64,000 nt of DNA from Scenedesmus sp. PABB004 (Eukaryota): contig CM026548.1 in the NCBI GenBank assembly GCA_014905635.1, positions 806,001 to 870,000 of the forward strand, in the 5' to 3' direction. Positions 11,960 through 23,984 of this stretch are shown piece by piece. How positions within the stretch are numbered: position 1 is the stretch's first letter; every line of letters begins with the position of its first letter. The position numbers and the translations under genes were made by a program. Below the pieces are notes generated by a model. That model saw only the letters and a program-made list of their open reading frames with translations, ran no database searches and was not told where the DNA came from.

Positions 11960-12422
11960 GCCGCCTCCCCCCTCGCGCTTTCTGCGCGTAGCATCCGTCT
12001 GATTCGCGGGCGGCGCGACGAAACGCGCGTGGGTGCGCTGCACGCTTGCGGGGGGCACTGCCCATGCTGACCCGGTCAGCGCCGCGCGGGGCCGGGGGGC
12101 TAGGCCCCCTCCCAGGGGGGAGGTCGCACCCGTGACATCATTCGTCGGGCACTGGCACTGGCAAAGCGGGCGGAGGCCGCCAGCGCCACACCAAAACTGC
12201 GCCGGCGCCCCGCGCGCGCCCGCCTCGTGCCTCAGACTGTCGGGCCTGCATTGCATTGTGAATCCCGGCGTGACTGCACGACTGCATGCGTGCGGCCTGA
12301 CACCTGCGCCACACTTGAGAACCCAGCGCGCCGCACTGCCCACGCGCGCCGCGCCGCGCCGCCCGACCGTGCGGTTTCGGCGCGCCGAGCCTGGAACGAG
12401 AGGTCTGAGCGAGCGCTGCCTG

Positions 12423-12427
12423 TTACA
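12423..12427 (-). terminator. Chlorophyte poly(A) signal TGTAA
   Basis: ttaca on + strand just downstream of the stop at 12441 of the minus-strand secreted protein. Confidence 0.6.
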
Positions 12428-12440
12428 ACTCGTCTCGCGC

Positions 12441-13081
12441 TCAGCGGCAGCCGTAATCCACCACGCCCGTTCTGGGATCGATCGACGCCAGCGGCCTGCA
12501 GGCCGGCCCGGCCGCAGCCCCCGCGGCGGCCGCCGCGGTCGCGTTGGCCGCGTCGGGCCGCGGCGGCGCGCTCGCGTTTGCTGGCGGGGCGAGCTGCGCG
12601 CCGGCCCGCCGCGCACGCCCAGCAGCAAAGCCGCACACGAGGGCGCCGCCGCAGCAGCGCGCGCTGCAGGTGCACGGCGCGCCCGCCGGGAGGCACACGC
12701 CCGCTGGCGGCGGCGCGACGCCCCAGAGCACGGCCGCCTCGGCGAGCTGCGCGGGCGTCGGCAGCGTCTCGTTGGGCGCCGGCAGCCCCGTCGCGTTGGG
12801 CGCCACACCCGCGCGCTGTGCGCACACGCAGCGGCAGTCGCCGCAGTCGTCCACGGCCTCAACGGCGCCGCGCGGGCACGCAGGGGCGGGAACAGGGCAC
12901 AGACGTTCGGGAGCGTGCACGGCACACGCGGCGCGCCCCCGGGGCACGCGCCGGGCGTGGCGTTGAGCGCGGGCGGCGGCCACGCGACGCGCGGCGGCTC
13001 CTGCGCCAGGCGCCGCGCGCCGCACTCCAGGGCCGCCGCCAGCAGCGCCAGCAGGGCGAGGCGGCGCGCGCCGGGAGCCAT
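12441..13081 (-). CDS. Small secreted cysteine-rich protein (apparent frameshift near 12885)
   Basis: Signal peptide MAPGARRLALLALLAAALECGA, then RRLAQ; Cys module CPGGAPRVPCTLPNVC..ACPRGAVEAVDDCGDCRCVC; knottin-like CLPAGAPCTCSARCCGGALVC...C; ends DYGCR*. Confidence 0.7.
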
Positions 13082-14115
13082 CCCGACCCGGCGGCGCCGC
13101 CGAGCGCTGCCGCCGCTGCTGCGCGGCGCGTGCACGTGCGCAACGGCGGCGGCCCGGGCGGGCGGGAGGGCGGCCCCACACAGGGAGGGGCGTTGCGGGC
13201 GGGGCCTTGGACCGCCGAGGAGGGGCTGCGCCGCACTGCGGGAGACGGCGGGGCGCCCCTGAACCCCGGCGGTTCGGCGGCCGCTTCACCGCGCGTTTTT
13301 ACCATCCACCAAAAATGCCGGTGCCCCGGCCGGGGCACGCTGACATTCAGTCATTCGCAGGCCGTCAGGCAGCAGAGAGAGTTCACGCGCGCCCGAGGGA
13401 TTTGATATATGCACACCATGCGCGCGCGGTGCAATCCCCGGGCGCGCAGCGCAACGCGCGGCCGCCGCAGCGGCGGCGTGCCCGCGCGTCAAGCCCGCGC
13501 AGCGACCTGGGAAGTCTGCGGGGCCGCTTGATACAACGCGTGTGGTGACGCATCAGGCGGGCCGATTCCTCGCCGCTGCTGCAGCCCAACCAAGGTCCCC
13601 CGCGGGGGCCGCCCAGCGGGCAGCGCCCGCCCACCCCGCCACCCTCTACGCTACTGCCGCTCCTGACGGCGGGACCGCGTCGCCGCCGGCAGTGTCGCCG
13701 GCGGCGGGGCGGCCCCCTCTCGTGCGCTCGCGCGTGCGCCGCCACGGTTTGGTCGCGAGCGCCGATCACGGGGCGCCGCGCTCCTCATGCATTGCGTGCC
13801 TCCACTGCCGGCTGCCGGCTGCGGGGCGTTTCGTGCGCGCCCGCAGGTGCCCAGCCAGGTGCCTGCCGCCTGCGCTCCGGCGCCTGGCCGCGCGCAGCGG
13901 CGCGTGCCGGGCGCGCCGCAGCCGCCAGCGCCCGGCGGCTCCGCGCGCCCCCGGTGCGCTCGCCCGACCCTGCTCCAGCTCCAGCTCCCACCGCTGCCAT
14001 CACGGCCGCGGCGCCGGGCGCCGGGCGCCGGCGGGCGCGCCGCTCCGCGCGGCTCCGCGCGTGCGCGCGCCGCGCAGCGCGCTGCGCGCCGCGGCGCTCC
14101 GGCGTGCTCGCCGCG

Positions 14116-14490
14116 TCACCCGTAGCGGAAGAGCAGCAGCGACAGCAGCACCACGCCGCCGGAGCCGCCGGCGAGGCCGGCGTAGAGGTGGTGCTTGCGC
14201 GTGCGCGCGTCGTAGCAGGCGACGTAGGTCTGGTCCTTCATGCACTGCTCCTGGTCGAGCAGCTTCTCGCCGTTGCCCAGGATGCGGTAGGGGTTGGCGC
14301 AGGGGCAGGCGGTGCGGCTGTTCATGGTCATCACCGCCAGCACGGCGAAGAGCACGACGCCGGCGCAGCCCGCGACGAAGAGGAAGCCGATGAACTTGCT
14401 GTTGCGCTTGGGGCGGTCGGGATTCTTGCTCAGCTTGTTCACGTTGTGCCAGAAGTTGCCGTCCTCCTCGTCGTGCTCGTGGACGGTCAT
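14116..14490 (-). CDS. 124-aa intronless two-TM membrane protein with a 4-Cys loop, unknown function
   Basis: Normal amino-acid composition and GC3-biased codons, unlike the artefact ORFs; TM1 FIGFLFVAGCAGVVLFAVLAVM, TM2 LYAGLAGGSGGVVLLSLLLF. Confidence 0.8.
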   Translation of the reverse strand: MTVHEHDEEDGNFWHNVNKLSKNPDRPKRNSKFIGFLFVAGCAGVVLFAVLAVMTMNSRTACPCANPYRILGNGEKLLDQEQCMKDQTYVACYDARTRKHHLYAGLAGGSGGVVLLSLLLFRYG

Positions 14491-15268
14491 GGCGCGGCCC
14501 GGCGCCGGCGCGGCGCGGTGCGGGCGGGGCTGGCGCGGGTGTGGCGCGCTCTGCGCTGCGACCAGGGCACCGGCGCTGCGCGGCGGGCGTCGCGGTGGCT
14601 GGGAGACGGCGAGACAGTGGCAGGGCTGGCGGGAGGCGGGCCGGGAAGGGCGCAGCGGGGCGGGCGGGCGAGTGTCACTGCCGCTGCCCTAACTGCTGCA
14701 GTGCCGGCGCCTCGTCGGCGGCGCGGCGAGCACCTGACCCCGTCGCTCGCGCGCCCTGCGAGCGCGAATCGGCGCGCGCTGATGGCGGCGCCGGCCGGCG
14801 GCAGCAGTTGGCGGCGGGTGGGTGCGGTGAGCGCAGCTCAACTCGCTGCGCCGCGCGATGCGCACACCACTGGGTTGCATGCAACCACCGCAGAACAGGA
14901 GAACGACGCGGCAGCGGCGGCGGCGGTGGCCGCGCCGAGCGCACAGCAGGAGCGGCAGCGCGCGGCGGCGACGGCCTTGCGTCACGCGCCCAGGCCTCGC
15001 CGACCGCGTCCCAGGCCCCCGGCAGCAGCGCCGCGGTTGAACTCGCGCCGCCGCTGCGCCGCTGTCACGCGGCCGGCCGCGCGCGGGCCTGGCGTCCCGA
15101 CGTCCTGTCCGCCGCGCCCCCGCGCTCTCCGCCACACGCGCTCCTCCGCGCTGCCACGCAAAAGCGGGCGGAGCGCCGGCGCCGCCGCGCAGCAGCAGCG
15201 GCGCGCACAGCGCGCCGCCGCCCGCATGCAGCCCGGCGCCGCCTAGCTAGCTGGGTTGGGCGGCGCCC

Positions 15269-16545
15269 ATGGATCCCGCGCGCGTGGAGGACTTCAGCGG
15301 CAATGAGGAGGCGCAGCTGGAGGTGTTTGCCAGCTACACCTGCCGTTCGAGCGCGCGCCGCGGCCTGCCGCACGCAGGAGACATCGCCGAGCCGAGCTCG
15401 CTCAGGTGCGGGCAGCGCAACGCAGGGAACGCGCCGCTGCGGCCGGCACCGCGCACCGCGCACCGCGCACGGCGCGGCGGCCCGCCGAGCGCCGCCGCTG
15501 CTGCGCTGTCTCGCGCCCGCTGCCCGCGCCGCAGCGCGATCCCGCTGCCGCCGACGACCTACCCGCTGTGGGACGCGCTGCCGGAGGAGATAGTGTCGCA
15601 GGGCAAGCTCAGCCAGCTGCAGCGTGCGTGGCGGCGTGCGCGCGCGGGCCGCGCGCGCACGCGGCGGGCGTGCGGCACGCCGCTGCGCCCAGCCGCCGCC
15701 GCCAACCGCCCCGACCGCCGCGCAGTCGAGGGCGTGCTGTACGCGTGCAGCCGCAACCAGCAGGTGCTGCCCAGCGGCGAGCGCGCCGCGTTTTTCATCG
15801 GCGACGGTGAGCCGCACCGCCCGCGCCCGCGCCCGCGCCCGCGCACGCGCACGCTGAGCGCCGCGGCCGGGGCGCGCGCCTCCGCCTGCGCGCGCGCCCG
15901 CCCAGGCGCGGGCGTGGGCAAGGGGCGCCAGATCAGCGGCGTCATCGTGGACAACTACGTGCGCGGCCGGCGGTGCGCCCAGCGCCTGCTTGTGTGTGTT
16001 TGTTTCCTGCAAGCACCGCGCTTGCTCTCCGCGCGCCCCGCCCGCCGCGCTCTCCGCGCCGGCGCCGCCGCCCCTGCCGCCGCCGCCGCGCGCGCCGCCC
16101 ACGCGCGCGCGCGCCGCGCCGCCGCGCTGCGTGCCCCGCGCGCCCCGCGCAGGCGCCACGTGTGGCTGTCCACGAGCAGCGACCTGTACGTCGACGCGAG
16201 CCGCGACATGCGCGACCTCGGCGCGCACGGCGTGCGGCTCATCAACGGCTGCGCGGGGCTCGACGCCGGCACGCGCGCGCTCGGGCTCGACCGCGACCTG
16301 CAGGAGGGCGTCCTCTTCCTGTGAGCCGCCGCCGGGGGCCGTCGGGGTTTTGGCGGCGGCCGCACCGGGGTTCAGGCCGCGCGGGGGGCGCGGCGGAGGG
16401 GCGCGCGGCCCGACCCCGCCGCGCCGCACCCGCTCGCCCGTCGTGCCGCGCCCGCCCACCCGCTGCCGCCGCGCCCGCCGGCGCAGCACATACTCCACCC
16501 TCATCTCTGCAGGCCGCGGCGGCCGCAGCCGCATGGACCAGGCGC

Positions 16546-16597
<52 letters not shown>

Positions 16598-19500
16598 TGC
16601 GCTCGCTGCTCGGGGCCGGCCGGCCTCGCCCTGCGCGCGTGCCGCGCGGCGCTCACGGCCCGCCGCCGCGGCCGCGCCCGCGGCCGCCAGGTGCTGGAGT
16701 GGCTCGTCGGCGGCGGCGCCGGCGCGGCGTCGGGCGAGGCGGGCCGGGCGGCGTTCCGGGAGGCCCTCGCGGCGTGGGACGGCGTGCTGGTCTTTGACGA
16801 GTGCCACAAGGTCCGTGGCCGCCGGCGCGGGCACAGGGCGCGCACGCGCACACGCACCGGGCGCGCGTGGCCGCGGCGTGCGGGGCCCGACACCGCGCCT
16901 TGACGCCGCCACGCCCGCCGGCGCCGCGCGCAGGCCAAGAACTTCACACCCGGCAAGGAGGCGCAGTCCACCAAGGCGCGGGCGGCGGCCGCCGCGCGTT
17001 TCCGCCGCCCGGCGAGCCCCCGCGCCCGCGCCGCGCGCGCCCCGACGCCGCGCCGCGCCCCGCGCTGCGCCGCGCAGGTCGCGTCGGCGGTCATCGAGCT
17101 GCAGGCCCTGCTGCCCAACGCGCGCGTGCTCTACTGCAGCGCGACGGGCGTCAGCGAGGCGCGGCGCACGTCGCGCCGGCCGCGCCCCGCCCCCTTCTGC
17201 GCAGGGCGCGCCGTCCGCCGCCGTCCGCGACGCGTTCGCGCGCGCGCGCCCGCGCCCGCACTGCGCGCAGGTCGCCAACATGGCCTACATGTCGCGCTGC
17301 GGCCTGTGGGGGCCGGCGAGCCCTTTCCCCGACTTTTCGGCCTTCCTGGAGTCAATGCGCAAGCGCGGCGTGAGCTTCATGGAGCTGGTGCGGCATGAAC
17401 CGCGCGCTCATGCAGGGTTTAGGGCGCCGGGGCTTGTCGGGGCGTGTCAGCGCGTGCGTTGGACGCCTCCCTCCCTCCTCGGGCGTGGAAGCCTGGCCGC
17501 GGCGGACCCTGATGGGCGCCTTGCGGTCCGCGCCGCGTTCGTCGCCGCCGCCCCGCAGCTGGCCATGGAGATGAAAGCCACCGGGCGCTACGTGGCGCGC
17601 GGGCTGAGCTTCAGGCGCGGCGCCGCGCGGCGCACGGCGCGCCGCGCCCGCGCAAGGGGCCGGCCCGCCGGCGGGCGCTGCAGACGCGCGGCCGACGCGC
17701 GGCCGCCGCGCCGCGCCGCACCGCCCGCGGCGGCGCGCAGGCAGGCCGAGTTTGTGACGGCCGAGGCGCCGCTGCGCCCCGACCTCGTGCGCCAGTACGA
17801 CGCCGCCGTCGCGCTCTGGCAGCAGCTGCGCGCGGCGCTCGACCTCGCGGCGCCCACGCTCGCCGCCGCGGCAGGCGGCGGCGCGGGCGCCGAGGGCGGC
17901 GCCGCGGGCGGTGCCGGCGGCGGTGGCGCCGGCGGCGGCAAGCGGCCCGGCGACGTCATGAAGGCCTATTGGAGCGGGTGCGGCGCGCTCGTGCACACCC
18001 TCGCCCGCCCGCGCTCTCGCCGAATTGTCTCTTGCGGCGCGTCGCGCTGCTGCTGCGCAGCGCGTCTGCACACAGCACATCCCCGCCGACGCCGCTGCCG
18101 CCGCGGCTGCGCAGGCACCAGCGCTTCTTCAAGCTGCTCTGCATCGGGCTCAAGCTGGACACCGTCATCGCCGAGGCGCGCGCGCGCCCATGCGCCGGGG
18201 GCGCGACGGGGCCAGTCGTCGCAGCGGCCGCCGACCGCGCCCCGCGCGCCCCGCAGGCCAAGGCGGCGCTCGCCGCGGGCATGTCTGTCGTCATCGGGCT
18301 GCAGTCGACCGGCGAGGCCGCGGCCGACGCGCTCGGGCTCGAGCCGGGCCCGGTGCCGGGCTTTGTGAGCCCCTGCAAGGAGCTGCTCGAGCGCTTCATC
18401 ACCACCCACTTCCCCGTCCTCGCCGACAGGCAGGCGCAGCAGCAGGCGCAGCAGCAGACGCAGCAGCCCGGCGGCGGCGCGGGCGCGCTCGCGGCGCTGC
18501 GCGCTGAGCTGCTCAAGACGGTCGCCGCGCTCGACCTCCCGGCCAACTTCCTCGACACGCTCATCGACGAGCTCGGCGGCCCCAGCGCGGTCGCAGAGAT
18601 GACGGGGCGCAAGGGCCGCGTCGCGCGCGCGCGCGCGCGGCGGCGCCGCCGGCGGCGGGCGGCTCGTGTACGAGCTGCGCGCCAAGCCCGACTCAGGGGA
18701 GATGGACTCGCTCAACGGTGCGGCGGCGGCGGCGGCGGCGGCGGCGCGGGCGGCGCGGGCGGGACGGGCGGCGCGGGCGGCGCGGGCGGCGCCGGCGGCG
18801 GCGGCTGGCCGGCGACGCGCTGAGCGCTGCCCCGGCGCGCCCGCCCGCCCGCGCCCGCCCCCCGCGCGCGCGCGCGCGCGCAGTCGCGGAGCGTGAGGCC
18901 TTCCTGGCGGGCAAGAAGCGCGTGGCGCTCATCAGCGACGCCGCGTCGACCGGCATTTCGCTGCACGCCGCCGCGACCGCGGCCAACCGGCAGCGCCGGC
19001 TCCACCTGACCATCGAGCTGCCCTGGTCGGCCGACAAGGCCATCCAGCAGCTCGGGCGCAGCCACCGCACCAACCAGGTGCGCGGGTTGTGCGCCGCCGC
19101 GCGCGCTCCCTGCCCGCGCACGCTGGCCAAGTGACGACGCGCCCGCCCGGCGTACCCGGCCGCCGGTCCGTCGTCCCGCCCGTCAGGTCAGCGCGCCGCT
19201 TTACAAGCTCGTCACCTCGGCCGCCGGCGGCGAGCGGCGCTTCGCGGCCGCCGTGGCGCGGCGGCTGCAGAGCCTGGGCGCGCTCACGCGCGGCGACCGG
19301 CGCGCGGCGGCGGGTGCGTGCGCGCGCCGTGCCGTGCCCGCGCCCGCGACCGGCGCGCCTCCCACGCGCGCCGCCGCCCCTGCCCGCACAGGCATCGACC
19401 TGTCCGACTCGCACTTTGACTCGCCGTGGGGCCGCCGCTCGCTCAAGGCGCGCGCCGCGCTGGGCGCGCCGTCCGCGCCCGCGTCGGCGCCGCGGCGCGC

Positions 19501-20621
19501 CCCGTCGCTGAACCCCGATGAGCCCTCGCGCCTCGTCTGCCCCGCGCGCGCCCGGGCGCCCGCAGAAGATGTACGATCACATCGTCAACGAGTCCCCCCG
19601 CCTGCCCAACGGCGTCAGCGCCGCCGCGCTGCTGAAGGACCTGCTGCCAGAGGCGCAGCCGGGCGGCGGCGGCGCCGACGGCGGCGCGCCCGACGGCGCC
19701 GCGGCCGCGGCCGCGGCCGCGGCGCAGCACCGCGCCGCGCTGCGCCTGCTGCAGGCCGACGTGCCCGCGCTGCACGCGCTGCAGCGCCTCGCGGCGGCCG
19801 AGGCGGCGGGCCCGGGCGGCGCGGCGGGCGCCGCGGGGGGCGGCGGCGAGGCCGCCGCGCGCGGCAGCGCCAGCCCGCCGCCGGCCGCGGCGGCGGGGCC
19901 GGGCGGCGAGGAGCAGGAGGCGCTGGTGGTGGCCGCGCTCTCGGGGCGGGCGCTGCCGGCGGGCGTGGCCGCCGCGGCGGCGGCGCGCATGTCCACCGAC
20001 GAGGTCGCCGCGAGCGTCAGCGCGTTCCACCACGAGCTGCGCAGGTGCGCGCCCGGCCGGGCAGCCCCCGCCGCAGCGCGCTCGCGCCGGGCCGCGCGCG
20101 CGCGCGCGCGCGCCGATTGACCCCCGCCGCCGCCGCCGCCGCCGCCACCGCCGCAGCTGCTGCGACGTGATGGGCATCGGACTCGGCGCCTCGCGCGGCG
20201 ACACCGTGGCCGAGGTGCGCGGCCGCGCGGCGCCGCGGCCGGCCAGGCCGCTGCACGGCGGCAGCGCTGCGGCGCCCCGCCCTGCGCCGCCCGCCGCGCG
20301 GCCGCGAGCGCCGCCCGCCTGCCCGGCCGCCCGCGCGCTCGCGCGCCCGCCCGCGCAGGACCGGCTCCGCGACACGGTGCCCACCGCGCGGGGCGGCGCC
20401 GGCGCCGGCGCGGCGCCGGCGGCGGCGCCCAAGGCGTCGGACCTGGGCGACGTGCGCCGCTTCCTCAACCGCCTGCTGGGCCTGCCGCTGGGCAAACAAA
20501 ACCTACTGTTCAACTACTTCACCGCCACGCTGGCAGCCGAGATCGCGGCGGCCAAGGCCGAGGGCCGGTGCGAGGGCGCGCGCGCACCCCGCCGGCACCG
20601 GCGCTCGCGCGCCGACGCCGC

Positions 20622-20652
<31 letters not shown>

Positions 20653-23299
20653 GCGCCCGACTGGGCGCGCGCAGGTACACGGAGGGCGTGTCGGACCTGC
20701 AGGGCAGCAGCATCCGCCTCGCGCGCCCGCCCGAGCTGCTGTGGGTCGGCGCCGGCGGCGGCGACGGCGACGCCGGCGCGGCGGGGCAGACGATCGTCAA
20801 CACGCTGGAGATCGATCGCGGCGTGAGCTTTGAGGTGCGCGGGTCGCCGCCGCCGCCGCGGCGCCCGGGGCCCGCGCCGCGCCGCGCGGCGCAACAGGCC
20901 CGGCACGAGCTCTCGCGCGCGCCGCCGCGCGGCGCAGGACGCGAGCCGCCGCCTCGCGCACGAGGCGGCGCCGGGCAGCGGCAGCGGCTTCCGCCTCGCG
21001 CGGCGCGCGATGTGGGGCAGCAGCCTCGTGCTGCTCGCGCTGCAGAAGCCGGGGCACAAGGGCCTCTTCACGATCGTCCGGCCAAACACGGGTGCGCCGG
21101 TGCCCGCCCTGTGCCGCACCCCACTGCCTGCGCCGGCACGCCGGCGCCCCGCCGCGGCGCCGCGGTCGTGCGCAGCGGGCTGCACGGTCCCACCCGCGGC
21201 GCGGCCCGTCTCACGTGCGCGCGCCGCGGCGGTGGCGCAGGCGAGAGTGTGTTTGACATGGACCGCGGCGAGCTGGACGAGAAGTACCGGGCCATCAGCC
21301 CCGACGACGCGGCGCCCCACTGGCGCGAGCAGCACGAGCGCAGCCTCGCCGCCTGCATGCACGGCGCGAGCTGCGCGAACAAGGACACCTGCCAGGCGAG
21401 CGGGCGCGCGCGCCCGCGCAGCGCGCCGCCGCGCCGCGCGCCGCCGCGCCGCGCGCCGCTGCCGGCGCGCCGCGGCCGACACGCCGCTCGCCTCGGCCCG
21501 CGCAGATCGGGCGGCGCCTGGTGCACGTCACCGTCCTGTCGGGCAGCGTGGTTCGCGTGTGGGGCGTGCTGGAGAGCGTGCTGGACCGGCACACCGCGGA
21601 GCTGAGCCGGGCCGACCGCACGCTGCGCGTCGTGCGCGTTGCCTTCAGCGGCGGCGCCACGGCGCAGGCCGGCGGCAGCCAGGCACAGGCCGGCGGCAGC
21701 CAGGCGCCGGCCGGCGGCAGCCAGGTGCAGCCTCGCGGCAGCCAGGCGCAGAGCGGCGCGCCCAGCCCGACGCAGGCCGGCCGCGCTCAGGCAGAGGGCG
21801 CCAGCCAGCAGTCGCAGCAGCAGTCGCAGCGGGAGCAGGAGACGGCAGAGGGGGCGGAGCAGGCGGCATCGCCCAGCTCGAGCGCAGCCACGCCCCGTGC
21901 CGGCACCAGCGCCGGCGCCGGCGCAGCGAGCCCCGGCGGTGCCGGCCGCGCGCCGCTGGCGGCGCCGCCGGCCGAGCGGCACCTCGTCGGCGTTCGCTTC
22001 CCCTCCCAGCTGTTGCCCGAGGTCGTCGCCACGCTCGCGTCGCTGCAGGAGCAGCAGCGCCCGCAGCAGACGACGCTCGACGCGGCGTGGGGCCGCGGGC
22101 AGGGCGGCGCGCCGGGCGCGCCGCCGGCCGGCGCCAGCGCGGGCGCCGCGCCGGCGCCGCCCGGCGGCGGCGGCCGGTCGATGAGCGCGTGGTGGGCGGC
22201 GGGCGTCGCGTCGCAGCGCGCCGTCGCGGCGGCGGCGCGGCGCGGCGGCGCGGCGGCCGCGGGGTCGAGCCTGACCGACGCGCTCGGCATCGCACGCATT
22301 GATCCGCCCACGCCGGTGGACCCCAAGGCCGCGGCGCGCGCGTTCCGGGTGCCCAAGACGCTTGCCAGCTACTTCGCGCTCGCCGTCGCGCCCTCGCCGG
22401 CCTCGGCGGCGGCGGGCGCGGGCGCGGGCGCGGCCGCGCCGGCGCCGGGGGGCGGCGCGCCGCGCGGCGCGTCGGCGACGCCGCCCCCGCCGCGCCGCGC
22501 CGGCAGCGCGGGCAGCGCCGCCGCCGGCGGCGCCAAGGCGTCTGGCGCCAAGGCGGCCGGCGGCAAGGGCGCCGGCAAGCGCAAGGGCGCGCAGCAGCTT
22601 GGGCCGCAGAGCAAGCACCTGGACTGCTTCTTCAAGCCGGCGGTCAAAAAGGCGCGACCCCCGGAGCAGCCGCCGGGCGGCAGCGGCGTCGCGCCCCAGC
22701 TGCCGCAGCAGCGGCAGCAGCGGCAGCGGCAGCAGCGGCAGCGGCAGCAGCAGCAGCAGGAGCGCTCGTCGGTGATCGTTGTCGGCAGCGACTCGGAGCC
22801 GACCAGCAGCGACGCGGCAGGCGCCGACAGCCCGCGCGGCGGCGAGGCCAACGGCGCGCACGGGCGCGGTGCCGGCGACGACGGCGGGGCGCCGCCAGGC
22901 AAGCGGGCGCGGCGCGGCGCGGCGGCCCGGGCGCCCGCGGCGCAGGCGCAGGGCAGCGAGGACGCGATCAGCGACCCCGCCACCACCAACACCGACGGCG
23001 GCGGCGACGACAGCGACTGGGAGCTGGAGCCCGACAGCGGCCGCGCGTCGCCGCCGCAGCGCAACGCGCCGGCGCCCGTGCGCGCAGCCGGCGCCGGCGG
23101 CGCCAAGCTGCTGCCGCCGGGGCTCGGGCTGCGCACCGCCGCGGACGGCGCGGCCGGCGGCAGGGCCGGCGGCGACCCGCAGAAGCTGGCGGTGCTGCAG
23201 GGCATGGGCTTCAGCGCCGCCGACGCGTCGCGCGCGCTGTGGGTCGCGCAGGGTGACGTGTCGCGCGCGGTCGAGTTTGCGCTGTCGGGGTGCAGTTGA
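15269..23299 (+). CDS. Strawberry notch family SF2 helicase-like protein with C-terminal UBA domain, ~24 exons
   Basis: [91 protein letters not shown]...[107 protein letters not shown]. Confidence 0.93.
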
Positions 23300-23411
23300 G
23301 CCGAGGCGGCGTGCACGCGCCGGGCGCCGGTTCGGCGCAGCGCGGCGCCGGCAACAATTGCGGTTGCGCCGCGCCCGCGCCCCCGCCCGCGTCGCAGCGG
23401 GCCACGGCCGC

Positions 23412-23953
23412 TCACCCCGGCAGCGGCCGGCCGAGCAGCTTTGCCACGCGCACCTCGTGCGGCACAAACGGCCGGCCCTCCAGCACCACCCCGTCAGAGC
23501 GCCGGCCGCCTTGCAGCGCGCGCCAGGCCTGCGCCGTGCCGGCGGGCGCCGCCGCGGCCTGCTGCTGCTCGCCGCCGCCGCCGCCGGCGGGCCCCGCCTG
23601 CCGCGCCTGCGCCTGCTGCTGCCAGGCGCTGTGCGGCGTGCCCGCCGCGGCCGCGAGCAGCGACGCGCCGTCCACCGTGAGCGCCGCGAGCAGCGCGCGG
23701 TGGCGCTTGGCGCTCGCCTCGCTGCTGCGCTGCGCCAGCGCGAGCCGCGGAATGGCGTCGCGCAGCCGCTTGCGCGGCGCGGCCGCGCCCACGCCCGGCG
23801 GCTGCGCGGCGTCGCGCCCGGCGTCGCCGGCCCCCGCGTCCGGGATGGCGCAGGGCGTGCCGGGCGCGACGCGCCGGAACAGCCGCACGCCGCCGCCGTT
23901 GTCGTCTGCGGCTGCTGCTGCTGCTGCTCCTGGTGCTGCTGCTGCTCCTGCTG

Positions 23954-23984
<31 letters not shown>

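Noticed and set aside
13280..14100. Relatively AT-rich patch and weak ORFs between two minus-strand genes as an ncRNA or extra gene
   Set aside because: No tRNA, snRNA or snoRNA hallmark and no coding-like composition; probably UTR and promoter sequence.
15400..21500. Similar-looking GC-rich introns as introner elements
   Set aside because: The similarity is low-complexity (gcgcc)n; I saw no long shared sequence, terminal inverted repeats or target-site duplications between introns. An all-vs-all intron alignment would settle it.
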